From Patescibacteria group bacterium (GTDB lineage: Bacteria > Patescibacteriota > Microgenomatia > UBA1400 > PJMF01), in NCBI GenBank assembly GCA_049322655.1, contig JBMORP010000006.1, positions 13,863-77,862 on the forward strand: DNA of 64,000 nucleotides. Reading direction: 5' to 3'. The position numbers and the translations under genes are program-made. A model generated the notes under the pieces. The model searched no databases. It was not told the origin of the DNA and worked only from the letters and a program-made list of their open reading frames with translations. Below are positions 1 through 11,738 of this stretch, one piece after another. Within the stretch, counting starts at the first letter, position 1. Every line of letters starts with the position of its first letter.

Positions 1-1
1 T

Positions 2-763
2 TTTGAGAATGGTCTTGATAACCCAGTTTATATTCCCAGAATCGAATTTGAACAAAAAATTAAAAAACCAAATGGTTTTTCTGGTTGTGAAGATCCAAGA
101 ATTACCTTTATTGATAATAAGTATTATATGTTTTACACAGCTTATAACGGTGTTAACCCACCTCAAGTAGCCGTAACAACTATTGAAGCGGAAAATTTGA
201 TTAATAGGAACTGGCTTTGGAGTGAACCAATTCTTATTTCTGACCCAACAATTGATAATAAAAATGCCTGTTTATTTCCAGAAAAAGTTGATGGTAAATA
301 TGTTCTTTTACATCGGGCCATGGGGCATGAAATAGCGATTGATTTAGTTGATGACTTAAATTTTAAGGCAGGAGAATGGTTACAAAAAGAAGGAGCAATT
401 TCTCCAAGATTAGATCATTGGGATAGTGCCAAAATTGGTATTGCTGGTCCACCGATGAAAACTGAAAAAGGTTGGTTATTGATTTATCATGGGGTTAGTC
501 AGGAAGATAAAAACTATCGGTTGGGTTATTTAGTTATGGATATTAATGATCCATTTAGAGTTATTTTCAGAAGTGAGTACCCAATTTTAGAACCAGTGCT
601 TAGTTGGGAAAAACAAGGTATTGTTGATAATGTGGTTTTTTCTTGTGGATCGGTGATAAAAGACGATAAACTATTTGTTTATTATGGGGGTGCAGATCGA
701 GTCATTGGTGTGGCCTCACTAGAGTTGAAAAAACTACTGGAGCCAGTTCCTACGATTGATTAG
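2..763 (+). CDS. GH130-like glycosidase/phosphorylase (5-bladed beta-propeller), 5'-truncated by the window edge
   Basis: Frame is open from nt 2 (…GFSGCEDPRIT…MFYTAY); motifs EDPR, NKNACLFPEK, GWLLIYHGV, NVVFSCG, YYGGAD. Confidence 0.85.
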   Translation, partial: FENGLDNPVYIPRIEFEQKIKKPNGFSGCEDPRITFIDNKYYMFYTAYNGVNPPQVAVTTIEAENLINRNWLWSEPILISDPTIDNKNACLFPEKVDGKYVLLHRAMGHEIAIDLVDDLNFKAGEWLQKEGAISPRLDHWDSAKIGIAGPPMKTEKGWLLIYHGVSQEDKNYRLGYLVMDINDPFRVIFRSEYPILEPVLSWEKQGIVDNVVFSCGSVIKDDKLFVYYGGADRVIGVASLELKKLLEPVPTID

Positions 764-850
764 ATACAACCACCGTTGATTCTCTTGTCTTTTTCCTCCA
801 TAATAGTTGAAGAAACTTTTCGTTTATTAGTCTTGCAAGGATTTCTAGTT

Positions 851-2629
851 ATGGCAGAAACCACTAAAAATTTTATTTATCTTCTTCCAGACGTAGCCTA
901 TATTGTCGAGTTGGTGAAAACCAAAGATGATGAGAGTTTTAAGATCAGAGACTATCTACAGGTCAATGGTAGTTTTATGGATGAGAATGAAATTCTAGAT
1001 GAAAGTATCAAAAAGCTAGCCAATAGACTTCAATCAAAAACTTATGAGTTGGTTTTACCTGATTTTTTATTTACTAATACAGTGGTTAATGTTGAAGAAG
1101 CCGGAGAAGAAAAGATTCTTGAATATGTTAAAAGCAAGATTATCCCTGATTTAGATATTTCAGATGAAACTCATGAGCTTCATACTTTTGTTTTGACAGA
1201 ATTTAAAGGTCAGGCTAAAGTTCAACTTTCAGCCTTGGAGAAAACTGTTCTCAAGCCTTTGCGCACGATTTTTACTCAAAGTGAAGATTTGAAAGTAGAT
1301 AAGATTTATCCTTTGAGTTGGGTGACTAAATCACTTATCTCTCTAGAGCCATCAATTAGTGTGGTACAGCTGGGAGCTAATCTCTACATGGCTCAGCACT
1401 ATATTGGTATTGATCAAGCAAATAATGCTGAAGTAGAAGATGTAGAAAAGATTATTGAATCAATTAAAACTCTTAAAGGGGCTGAACCAAGTATTCAGAC
1501 AGTCTATTTATTAGCTAATGCGTTAGTAGAAGATAAATTAAATAATGGGTTGAAGGGAACTTTACCTGTCCAACAGTTAGCTAAAGAATCAGAAGACTCT
1601 GAAATGCCTTCTTATGTGAAGCAAGTCATCGAAGCTGGAATTAAATCAGTTGGAATAGCAGATTACAAGGTACCAAGTTTTAGTTTTTTGGTTACAACAG
1701 ACTCAGCTGTCGTTGTTGATAAAGATCAACCTGAGGATTCAGTCGTTATTGAAAAAAAAGCAGTCAAGTTAGAAAGTCCTTTGCCTCCACCTACAGAACT
1801 CGGTACATCGGTTGAAGAATCTCAAGAACAAGTTAAAGTTTCTAAAGATGATGAAGAAAAAGTGGCTGACGAGCCTGAAAAACAAGTTGAAGAGTCTATA
1901 GAAGATAAAGCAGAGTCAAAAGTAGAAGAAGTTGAAGAGCAGCCAGTTGAAACAACCACTAAAGAAAAAACTGTAGAGAAAGAAGATAGGCTTGAAGAAA
2001 AAACCGATAGCTCTGTTGAACAAGTGGATTTACGTCAATTTATGAGTGAGGATTCTGAAGATAAAGAAACTAAAACACCCTCACCAGAGAAAACAGAAGC
2101 TAAGCCGGAAGAAACCCCGATGGCTAAAAAAGTGATCAAAAATGATACTGGGGTGAATAGCATGGTCAAGATGGTTTTTGTTGCCCTGGTAAGTTTCTTT
2201 ATTACTGTCGGCATTGGTTTGGGCATTGGTTTGGGTTTTTTGACTTTTACCAACAAACAACAGACAGCTAATGAGTCGATGGTAACTCCTGTTGCTGAAC
2301 TCTCCCCTACTTTGGAACCAACAACTACACCAACTTTAGAGCCAATTGATAGGGCTAGTTATACTGTCCTGGTGGTTAATGCTACGACCAAAGCTGGTTA
2401 CGCTGGAGAAATAGCTACTGTTTTGGAAAAAGCTGGTTTTACTGATGTGCAAGCAGCTAATGCCAAGGGAGATTACGAGACAGGCAACTTTATTTTGGCC
2501 AAGGAAGATAATAACAATCTGATTAAAACTCTAGAGGAAGATATGGCTTTAACTTTGGAGTTTTCAGAGGAAAAAGAGCTTGAAGATGCGACCGATAAAT
2601 ATGATTTTGTAATTGTTCTGGCCGAGTAA
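851..2629 (+). CDS. Membrane protein: N-terminal globular domain, acidic disordered linker, one TM helix, C-terminal LytR_C-like domain
   Basis: TM segment VFVALVSFFITVGIGLGIGLGFL; C-terminal VLVVNATTKAGYAG…FVIVLAE typical of LytR_C; ATG at 851 preferred over TTG at 776. Confidence 0.65.
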   Translation: MAETTKNFIYLLPDVAYIVELVKTKDDESFKIRDYLQVNGSFMDENEILDESIKKLANRLQSKTYELVLPDFLFTNTVVNVEEAGEEKILEYVKSKIIPDLDISDETHELHTFVLTEFKGQAKVQLSALEKTVLKPLRTIFTQSEDLKVDKIYPLSWVTKSLISLEPSISVVQLGANLYMAQHYIGIDQANNAEVEDVEKIIESIKTLKGAEPSIQTVYLLANALVEDKLNNGLKGTLPVQQLAKESEDSEMPSYVKQVIEAGIKSVGIADYKVPSFSFLVTTDSAVVVDKDQPEDSVVIEKKAVKLESPLPPPTELGTSVEESQEQVKVSKDDEEKVADEPEKQVEESIEDKAESKVEEVEEQPVETTTKEKTVEKEDRLEEKTDSSVEQVDLRQFMSEDSEDKETKTPSPEKTEAKPEETPMAKKVIKNDTGVNSMVKMVFVALVSFFITVGIGLGIGLGFLTFTNKQQTANESMVTPVAELSPTLEPTTTPTLEPIDRASYTVLVVNATTKAGYAGEIATVLEKAGFTDVQAANAKGDYETGNFILAKEDNNNLIKTLEEDMALTLEFSEEKELEDATDKYDFVIVLAE

Positions 2630-2729
2630 TTTTGAAAATTGCTCTTGTCTGAATAAAAACAATATGTATAATCGGGGTCGTGTTTTTGTTTTTGTTTGAT
2701 ATAAATTATTAATTATCTGGAAAGACACA

Positions 2730-3635
2730 ATGGCAGCAAATCTGCATATTTCTATTTCAGCCGAAACTATTACTAAGTTCGGATCTCTCAACTACTCAAA
2801 CTCACTTCTTACCAGTACGATTGTCACCCTTCTAATGGTGACTTTTTTTGTTTTGGTGAATCGAAGTTTGGGCAATAAAAAGAAGCTAGGTGGCTTGCAA
2901 AACTTGGCTGAGTTCATTATTGAAGGACTCTATAACATGGTCCAAGGAGTAACGGGCGATCATAACAAGACCCGTTTTTTTATGCCTTTTTTCATGTCTT
3001 TTTTCTTTTTTGTATTATTTAATAATTGGTTTGGCTTGCTTCCTGGAGTTGGGACTATTGGTTTCAAAGAAACCAAGACAGGGACTGAGCATGCTGTTTT
3101 ATTAGACAGCAAAGTTAAAGTTCCTGTTAGTCAAGTTCAAGCCTCAGAACCAGTTGATACAGTTGAAGAAACAGTGACTGAAGTGGTTGGAGCTAGTGCT
3201 GAAGAGTCTGCAGAGATTTCTGCAGAAAAGAACGAGGTGTTTGTGCCCTACCTCAGAGCTGGGACAGCTGATTTGAACACTACTTTGGCTTTGGGATTAT
3301 TTTCTCAAGTAATGGCTCAAATTGTAGGTGTTAAGTACCTTGGCTTTTCTTATTTTAAGAAGTTCTTTAACTTCAAAGACCCAATTATGTTTTTTGTTGG
3401 AATTTTAGAGTTAGTCTCAGAATTTTCTAAGGTTTTGTCTTATGCTTTCCGTTTATTTGGAAATATTTTTGCAGGTGAAGTTTTGTTAATAGTGATTGGA
3501 GCTTTAATTCCAGTGTTGGTACCAATGCCGTTTTATGGTTTAGAGATTTTTGTTGGTTTCATTCAGGCTCTAGTATTTGCCCTTTTATCATTGGTTTTCT
3601 TTAATGTTGCAACTCTTCATGGAGAAGATCACTAA
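2730..3635 (+). CDS. atpB: F0 ATP synthase subunit a
   Basis: NNWFGLLPG, TADLNTT, AFRLFGNIFAGE, FIQALVF motifs; first gene of atp operon. Confidence 0.97.
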   Translation: MAANLHISISAETITKFGSLNYSNSLLTSTIVTLLMVTFFVLVNRSLGNKKKLGGLQNLAEFIIEGLYNMVQGVTGDHNKTRFFMPFFMSFFFFVLFNNWFGLLPGVGTIGFKETKTGTEHAVLLDSKVKVPVSQVQASEPVDTVEETVTEVVGASAEESAEISAEKNEVFVPYLRAGTADLNTTLALGLFSQVMAQIVGVKYLGFSYFKKFFNFKDPIMFFVGILELVSEFSKVLSYAFRLFGNIFAGEVLLIVIGALIPVLVPMPFYGLEIFVGFIQALVFALLSLVFFNVATLHGEDH

Positions 3636-3668
3636 ATTAGTAATAAAAAAGTAAAAAAAGTACATTAG

Positions 3669-3908
<240 letters not shown>

Positions 3909-3921
3909 ATAAGGAGAAAAA

Positions 3922-4407
3922 ATGGACATTCAATTACCACAGATTATTTATCAGCTGGTTAACTTTGGTGTTGTTTTTGGCGCAGTAACCTATCTTCTTT
4001 ATAAACCAGTACAAAAGATTTTAGACGATCGAGCTAAAAGAATTACCGATAGTTTAACTGAAGTTGAAAAAATTGAGGCTGAAAAAGAAAGAATGGCTAC
4101 GCTGAAAAGTAAAGCTAAAAGAGAAGCTGACAAAGAAGCTACTGAAATTTTGGAAGCCGCTCAAAAAACAGCTGAAAAAAACAAGAAAGAGTTAGTAAAT
4201 AAAACCAAGGAAGCTCTTCAAGAAGAAATGAAAAAGGCTCAAGCCTCTTGGCAAGAAGAGAAGAAAAAACTACTAGCTGATTCCAAGAAGCAGATGGTTG
4301 ATGCTGTGATCGAAGTTAGCTCTTTGGTTCTAGGTAAGAAACTTGACGTTAAAACAGATAACAAGTTTATTGCCGATAATTTAGAAAAAATCCTTAAGGA
4401 TATTTAA
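3922..4407 (+). CDS. atpF: F0 ATP synthase subunit b
   Basis: N-terminal TM, YKPVQKILDDR, long coiled coil; operon position. Confidence 0.93.
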   Translation: MDIQLPQIIYQLVNFGVVFGAVTYLLYKPVQKILDDRAKRITDSLTEVEKIEAEKERMATLKSKAKREADKEATEILEAAQKTAEKNKKELVNKTKEALQEEMKKAQASWQEEKKKLLADSKKQMVDAVIEVSSLVLGKKLDVKTDNKFIADNLEKILKDI

Positions 4408-4414
4408 TTTAGTT

Positions 4415-4639
4415 ATGAAAAAAGTCACTGTGATTACTGCCAACGAACTTTCCAAAGCTAATCTGGAAACCTTGCAGAAAGCTTTAGTTAAAAAATATGG
4501 TCGAGATCTTGAATACGAGTTTAAATTAGATCAATCAGTAGTTGGTGGAATTAAGCTAATAATTGGTTCAAAAGCAGTTGATATGACTATCAAAGCTAAA
4601 CTTTCCCAAATTGGGAAACAAGTAGTGGACAAGATCTAA
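4415..4639 (+). CDS. atpH: F1 ATP synthase subunit delta (C-terminal domain only)
   Basis: VTVITANEL…LDQSVVGGIKLIIGSKAVDMTIK matches the OSCP/delta C-domain; lies between atpF and atpA. Confidence 0.88.
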   Translation: MKKVTVITANELSKANLETLQKALVKKYGRDLEYEFKLDQSVVGGIKLIIGSKAVDMTIKAKLSQIGKQVVDKI

Positions 4640-4657
4640 GCCTAAAGAAAATAAAAT

Positions 4658-6211
4658 ATGCCAATTAATAAAACCTCTTCTAAAAAAACCGTTAATCAAG
4701 CCTTTGATTTGAAAGAATTATTTAAGGATGTTACCCCTACTTTGACCGTTGATTCGGTTGGAGAAGTAATCTCTTATTCTGATGGGGTGGTTAAGGCTTC
4801 AGGGTTGGATGAAGTCCAGGCTGGAGAAATTGTGCAAATTGCTGATAGCAAGTTTGGTTTGGCTCTTAACCTTAACAGGGATGATGTCGGAATTGTGGTA
4901 ATGGGTGATGCAATGGGCATTGGAGTTGGAGATACAGTTGCTAGAACTGGCAGAATTCTTTCTGTTGGGGTGAGTGATGCTATGTTGGGCAGAGTAATTA
5001 ATAGTTTGGGTGAAGCTATTGATGGTAAAGGGGCAATTAATCCAAGTAAGTTTATGCCTTTAGAAAAAGTTGCTCCAGGAGTGATGAGTCGTAAATCTGT
5101 TTCTGTACCTTTGCAAACAGGAATTAAGGCAGTTGACGCCATGATTCCAGTTGGTCGAGGTCAAAGAGAGTTGATTATTGGCGATCGTTCTACTGGTAAA
5201 ACTGCGGTGGCTTTAGGCACAATCATTAATCAAAAAGAAGAAGATGTAATTTGTGTCTATGTGGTTACTGGTCAGAAAAGAGCAGCTGTGGCTCAAACCA
5301 TGCAGATTTTGGAAGAACATGGAGCGATGGCTTACACCATTATTGTTTCGGCTACTGCTTCTGATAGTGCCGCTGAACAATTTTTGTCACCATACACAGG
5401 TTTAGCTGTGGCTGAATATTTTCTAGATCAAGGTAAAGATGTGTTAATTGTTTATGATGATTTATCTAAGCATGCTCAGGCTTATCGTGAAATTTCTTTA
5501 TTACTTAGAAGACCAAGTGGTCGTGAGGCATATCCTGGAGATGTTTTTTACCTCCATTCAAGACTTTTAGAGAGAGCTTGTCGTCTCAATGATAATTATG
5601 GTGGTGGTTCTATTACTGCTTTGCCAATTATCGAGACCCAAGCTAACGACGTTTCAGCATATATTCCAACTAACGTCATTTCTATTACAGATGGTCAGAT
5701 TTATTTGGAGGCTGATTTGTTTAACTCAGGGATGAAACCAGCTATTAATGTTGGTTTATCAGTATCTCGTGTGGGAAGTGCTGCTCAGCTAAAAGCAATG
5801 AAACAGGTGGCTGGTACCATGAAGTTAGATTTAGCTCAGTTCAGAGAACTCCAGGCATTTGCTCAATTCAGTTCAGACCTTGATGAACGTACCAAAAAAA
5901 CTTTAGATCGGGGTTTAAGAGTCAATGCTGTTCTAAAACAGGGTTGGGATAAACCACTCAACGTAGCTGAACAAGTGGCGGTAATTTTTGCTGCTGTAAA
6001 TGGCTATTTGGATGAAGTTAAAGAAGAATTAATTCGAGACTGGGAATTATCTTATTTAGACTACCTTCATACGGTGCACCAAGCTTTATTAAATGAGATT
6101 ATGAAGGAAAAGAAACTTTCTGATGATTTAATTGCAAAGTTAAAAGAGATTGTTTCTACTTTTAATAGTCTGCACAAAGAGTTGATGATTGTAAAAGAAG
6201 AGACTAAGTAA
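4658..6211 (+). CDS. atpA: F1 ATP synthase subunit alpha
   Basis: [47 protein letters not shown]. Confidence 0.99.
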   Translation: MPINKTSSKKTVNQAFDLKELFKDVTPTLTVDSVGEVISYSDGVVKASGLDEVQAGEIVQIADSKFGLALNLNRDDVGIVVMGDAMGIGVGDTVARTGRILSVGVSDAMLGRVINSLGEAIDGKGAINPSKFMPLEKVAPGVMSRKSVSVPLQTGIKAVDAMIPVGRGQRELIIGDRSTGKTAVALGTIINQKEEDVICVYVVTGQKRAAVAQTMQILEEHGAMAYTIIVSATASDSAAEQFLSPYTGLAVAEYFLDQGKDVLIVYDDLSKHAQAYREISLLLRRPSGREAYPGDVFYLHSRLLERACRLNDNYGGGSITALPIIETQANDVSAYIPTNVISITDGQIYLEADLFNSGMKPAINVGLSVSRVGSAAQLKAMKQVAGTMKLDLAQFRELQAFAQFSSDLDERTKKTLDRGLRVNAVLKQGWDKPLNVAEQVAVIFAAVNGYLDEVKEELIRDWELSYLDYLHTVHQALLNEIMKEKKLSDDLIAKLKEIVSTFNSLHKELMIVKEETK

Positions 6212-6216
6212 CGCTT

Positions 6217-7092
6217 ATGGCCAACCAAAGACAGGTTAAACGCCGCATTGGCACTGCTCAAAATATCTCCAAGATTACTAAGGCTATGGAGATGGTTGCT
6301 GCTAGCAAAATGAAAAAAGCCCAAGATCAGGCTTTAGCTGCTAGACCCTATTCTCAAGCTCTATACGACTCAATTACTACGATCTCTCAGGCATCCAAAA
6401 TCACTGAACATCCTCTTCTTTCAAGTCATGATGAGGGTATTTCTGTGGTGGTGATGGTTGGCACTGACAAAGGTTTGTGTGGAGCTTTAAATGGTAATTT
6501 ATTGAAAGTGTTAGCTAGTTGGAAAAAGAATCACCCAACAGGAGAAGTAATTGCGATTGGTAAAAAAGCTGTTTTAGCAGCTAGGTCATTGGGGATGATT
6601 ATTCATGCTCAATTTACTAATTTACCAGAGTATATTACGGTTGTTGATGTGATTCCGGTGACGACTTTAATTTTGAATGGTTTTACTAGTCATCAGTTCA
6701 AATCTGTTGATATTTTGTATACAGATTTTATTAATACTTTATCTCAAAAGCCAAAACAGGCTCCATTATTACCGATTTCAAGATCTTTCAAACCAGATGT
6801 AGTTGAGAAGAAAATCGAAGAAAAGATGCAAATCAAAGAATATATCTTTGAGCCAAACCCTAAGAAGATTTTAGATAGTTTATTACCATTTTTTTTGGAA
6901 AATACGATTTACCATTCTTTTTTAGAGGCTAAAGCTAGTGAGCACTCTGCTCGGATGGTAGCGATGAAGAATGCTAGTGAAAATGCTGGTGAACTAGTAG
7001 AAGAATTAAAACTAGTTTATAACAAGACTCGTCAGCAAGGGATTACCACTGAGTTATTAGATATTATTTCTGCCACGATGGCATTAAGTTAG
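6217..7092 (+). CDS. atpG: F1 ATP synthase subunit gamma
   Basis: KITKAMEMVAASK, DKGLCG, SEHSARMVAMKNASENA. Confidence 0.98.
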   Translation: MANQRQVKRRIGTAQNISKITKAMEMVAASKMKKAQDQALAARPYSQALYDSITTISQASKITEHPLLSSHDEGISVVVMVGTDKGLCGALNGNLLKVLASWKKNHPTGEVIAIGKKAVLAARSLGMIIHAQFTNLPEYITVVDVIPVTTLILNGFTSHQFKSVDILYTDFINTLSQKPKQAPLLPISRSFKPDVVEKKIEEKMQIKEYIFEPNPKKILDSLLPFFLENTIYHSFLEAKASEHSARMVAMKNASENAGELVEELKLVYNKTRQQGITTELLDIISATMALS

Positions 7093-8508
<1,416 letters not shown>

Positions 8509-8511
8509 TTT

Positions 8512-8931
8512 ATGAAAAAGTTTTCGCTGAAAATTGTTTCTCAAGAAAAAGAACTCCTCTCTTCAGAGGTTGAGTCTGTTTCTTTACCAACAGTTGAAGG
8601 AGAAATTACGGTGCTTTATAAACATATTCCATTATTTGCTCATCTGAAAACTGGTCAGTTGATCTATAGGGTTGATGGTGAAGAAAGAATTGTGGTTGTC
8701 TCTGATGGTTTTGTTAATGTTTCTCCAAGTAGTGAAGTTACAGTGATGGTAGACAGTGGTATTTTGGCTAGAGATATTAGCCTTGAGAAAGCTGAACAAG
8801 CTGTAAGAGAAGCTCATGAGACGATGGAAAAAACTCAAGATCAACGAGAATTACTAATGGCAGAAGCCTCTTTGAGGCAAGCAATGATGGAAATTAGAGT
8901 TGCTCAAAAGACTAAAAAAGCCAGAAATTAA
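8512..8931 (+). CDS. atpC: F1 ATP synthase subunit epsilon
   Basis: LPTVEGEITVLYKHIPL, VSDGFV; last gene of atp operon. Confidence 0.93.
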   Translation: MKKFSLKIVSQEKELLSSEVESVSLPTVEGEITVLYKHIPLFAHLKTGQLIYRVDGEERIVVVSDGFVNVSPSSEVTVMVDSGILARDISLEKAEQAVREAHETMEKTQDQRELLMAEASLRQAMMEIRVAQKTKKARN

Positions 8932-8983
8932 TCGCTAATATTCTACTTGTCACCAACAAAAAACCCACTATACTAGGCACATT

Positions 8984-9457
8984 ATGGTAAACGTTAAAAT
9001 TCAATTAACTCTCGAGGGACTTGAAGAGCTTAAAGCAGAACTCAAAGAGCTTAAGGAGGTTAAACTTCCTAAAGTAATTGCTAGGGTTGCTAGTGCTCGT
9101 GAACAAGGTGATTTATCTGAAAATGCAGATTATCATAGTGCTAAAGAAGAGCAAAATTTTGTTGAGACTAGAATTTCAGAAATTGAGGATATTATTTCTA
9201 GAGCTGAGGTGGTTAAAGACGGTAAAGATAAATCTAAGATCTCGATTGGTTCTAAAGTAGAACTTTCCATGAAGGGTAAGGTTGGCAAAACTTTTACCTA
9301 TGAAATAGTTGGAGAATTTGAGGCAGACCCAGAAGAAGGCAAAATCTCCTCTGTATCCCCATTGGGTAAGGCTCTTCTTGGTAAGAAAAAGGGAGAGTCT
9401 GTTTCAGTTACAGCTCCAGCGGGAGAGGTTGTTTATCAAATAGAAAAAGTACAGTAA
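8984..9457 (+). CDS. greA: Transcription elongation factor GreA
   Basis: AREQGDLSENADYHSAKE, ISSVSPLGKALLGK. Confidence 0.97.
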   Translation: MVNVKIQLTLEGLEELKAELKELKEVKLPKVIARVASAREQGDLSENADYHSAKEEQNFVETRISEIEDIISRAEVVKDGKDKSKISIGSKVELSMKGKVGKTFTYEIVGEFEADPEEGKISSVSPLGKALLGKKKGESVSVTAPAGEVVYQIEKVQ

Positions 9458-9477
9458 ATAATTAAAGAATAAACAAG

Positions 9478-9503
9478 AATCCCCCGCCAAGACGGGGGAT
9501 TTT
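9478..9503 (+). terminator. Intrinsic terminator after greA
   Basis: AATCCCCCG-CCAAGA-CGGGGGATT hairpin followed by a short T run. Confidence 0.65.
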
Positions 9504-9544
9504 CGTTATACAATAGTCAAGTCAGGACAAGGAGAATTAAAAAC

Positions 9545-11203
9545 ATGTCACAACAACAATCAATTCATTGGTTAGACAAACTAGCTGCTGGTATTTTACG
9601 TTGGCAAGAAAAAACAGGGGCTAGTTTACATGTCGATGATATGAAAACTCCATCAGGCAGAGTTCATACTGGCTCTTTACGAGGGGTTTTACTTCATGAT
9701 GCTATAGCAAAAGTGGTAGCTGAGAAAACAGATAAGCAAGTAGTTAGTACTTATGTGTTTAATGATATGGATCCAATGGATGGTTTACCAGGTTATTTGT
9801 CTGCAGAAGAATATGCCCAACATATGGGTAAACCAATGTTTAAGATTCCAGCCCCAAAGTTAGCTGAATCTGGTTTGGATGTGAGTAAGGTCTCGGCTGA
9901 AGAAAAAGCTCGATTTGAGCAAGCTCAAAGTTTTGGTGAGTTTTATGCCATGGATTTTATTGATGCTTTTAGAAAACTGGGTTGTACTCAAGAGATTGTT
10001 TGGAGTCACCAGCTTTATCAGTCTGGTCAAATGGATGTGATGATTAAGATTGCTTTAGATCATGTTGCTGAAATTAAAAAAATCTATAAAGAGGTGGCTG
10101 ATTATGATTTACCTACCAATTGGTATCCTTTTCAAGTGATTTGCCCTCAGTGTGGCAAAGTAGGGACCACCTTAACTACTGATTGGGACGGTCAAGAAGT
10201 TAGTTTTGAATGTCAGCCAAACAAAGTTAGTTGGGCCAAAGGTTGTGGTTATGCTGGTAAAATCAGTCCTTTTGGTGGAACTGGTAAATTACTATGGAAA
10301 GTTGATTGGCCTGCCCATTGGACGGCTTTGGATATAACGATTGAAGGAGCAGGCAAAGATCATACCTCAGCTGGTGGATCAAGAGACATGGCAGATGAGT
10401 TGATGGACAGAGTTTTTAAAACCCACACTCCTTTTGATATTCCTTATGAATGGATTTTAATTCGTGGTGCCAAAATGAGCTCTAGTAAAGGTGTTGGGAC
10501 TTCAGCTAGAGAATTTGTTGAGCTCTTCCCTGCTGAAGTTGGTCGTTATTTATTTGTCAGCAAAAACTATAACCAAGTAATTGATTTTGATCCTAATACA
10601 ATGGCTATTCCAGATTTATTTGATGAATATGACCAAGCAGCTAGAATTTATTGGGGTCAAGAACAGGGAGATAATAGAATGGGGCGAGCTTTTGAGTTAT
10701 CTCAAATCTCTAATAAACAACCTCAAGCGATGTTTTTGCCTCGTTTTAGAGATATTGCTACTTGGATGCAACACCCAGAACTTGATCTTGTTGAGAAATT
10801 TACTGAAGTTAAAGGGAGTGACTTAACGACTGAAGAATTAGCAGTATTAACAGATAGAAAACACTATGCCAAAATTTGGATAGAGCGTTATGCTCCAGCT
10901 GACTATCAATTGAGTTTTAAACCAGGTTTTATTCCTGAAGCAGCTCAAGAATTAACAGCAGAACAAAAAGCTTATTTAGTCAAAGTTGATGAGCTAATTG
11001 ATAGTCAAACTTGGGAACCAATTGCTTTACAACAAGCTTTATTTGATTTAGCGAAAAACTCATTGGGAGCTAAACAAGCTTTTCAAGCTATTTACAAGGC
11101 TTTTCTAGGTAAAAACTTTGGGCCTAGGGCTGGCTATTTTTTGTTAGCTATCTCGACAGAAGATAGAAAAAAACATTTAAAAGATTTAAAAATCAAGGAT
11201 TAA
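9545..11203 (+). CDS. lysS: Lysyl-tRNA synthetase, class I
   Basis: TPSGRVHTGS (HIGH-like), KMSSSKG, GKLLWKVDWP, CPQCG zinc motif, GPRAG. Confidence 0.95.
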   Translation: MSQQQSIHWLDKLAAGILRWQEKTGASLHVDDMKTPSGRVHTGSLRGVLLHDAIAKVVAEKTDKQVVSTYVFNDMDPMDGLPGYLSAEEYAQHMGKPMFKIPAPKLAESGLDVSKVSAEEKARFEQAQSFGEFYAMDFIDAFRKLGCTQEIVWSHQLYQSGQMDVMIKIALDHVAEIKKIYKEVADYDLPTNWYPFQVICPQCGKVGTTLTTDWDGQEVSFECQPNKVSWAKGCGYAGKISPFGGTGKLLWKVDWPAHWTALDITIEGAGKDHTSAGGSRDMADELMDRVFKTHTPFDIPYEWILIRGAKMSSSKGVGTSAREFVELFPAEVGRYLFVSKNYNQVIDFDPNTMAIPDLFDEYDQAARIYWGQEQGDNRMGRAFELSQISNKQPQAMFLPRFRDIATWMQHPELDLVEKFTEVKGSDLTTEELAVLTDRKHYAKIWIERYAPADYQLSFKPGFIPEAAQELTAEQKAYLVKVDELIDSQTWEPIALQQALFDLAKNSLGAKQAFQAIYKAFLGKNFGPRAGYFLLAISTEDRKKHLKDLKIKD

Positions 11204-11205
11204 GT

Positions 11206-11736
11206 ATGAAAACTAGACAAGAATCAGTCGAACTCTTAAAGCAATATGTTAAGACAGAGGCTTTGCGCAATCATTGTCAGATGGTGGCCAAGGCTATGGA
11301 AGCCTATGCTAAAGAGCTTGGTGAAGATCAAGAACTTTGGTACCAAGCAGGCTTACTTCATGATTTAGATTGGGAGATGTTTCCAGATGAACATCCCAAC
11401 AAAGCTGTTAATGAACTTTTGATGGACTATCCAGTAGAACTAATTGAGGCAGTTAGAACTCATGCTCCAGGAAGAACTGGTAAACAACCAGCAACCACTT
11501 TAGAAAAGTATTTGTTCGCTTGTGATGAAATTTCTGGTTTAATGAATGCAGTTTCATTAATGAGACCAAATGGTTTCACTGATATGAATCCAAAATCTGT
11601 CAAAAAGAAACTTAAAGATAAATCTTTTGCAGCTAATGTTAGCCGCGAAGATATTAAGCAAGGTTTTGAGTTAATTGGCAAAACTCCAGATGAACACATT
11701 GCTTTTTTGATAGAAGTTTTTAAAAAGGAGAATTAG
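11206..11736 (+). CDS. HD-domain phosphohydrolase
   Basis: H…GLLHDLD…LFACDEISGL, KKKLKDKSFAANVSRE. Confidence 0.88.
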   Translation: MKTRQESVELLKQYVKTEALRNHCQMVAKAMEAYAKELGEDQELWYQAGLLHDLDWEMFPDEHPNKAVNELLMDYPVELIEAVRTHAPGRTGKQPATTLEKYLFACDEISGLMNAVSLMRPNGFTDMNPKSVKKKLKDKSFAANVSREDIKQGFELIGKTPDEHIAFLIEVFKKEN

Positions 11737-11738
11737 TC

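Noticed and set aside
9545-11203. Class I (archaeal-type) LysRS as a novelty
   Set aside because: Already known from several bacterial lineages
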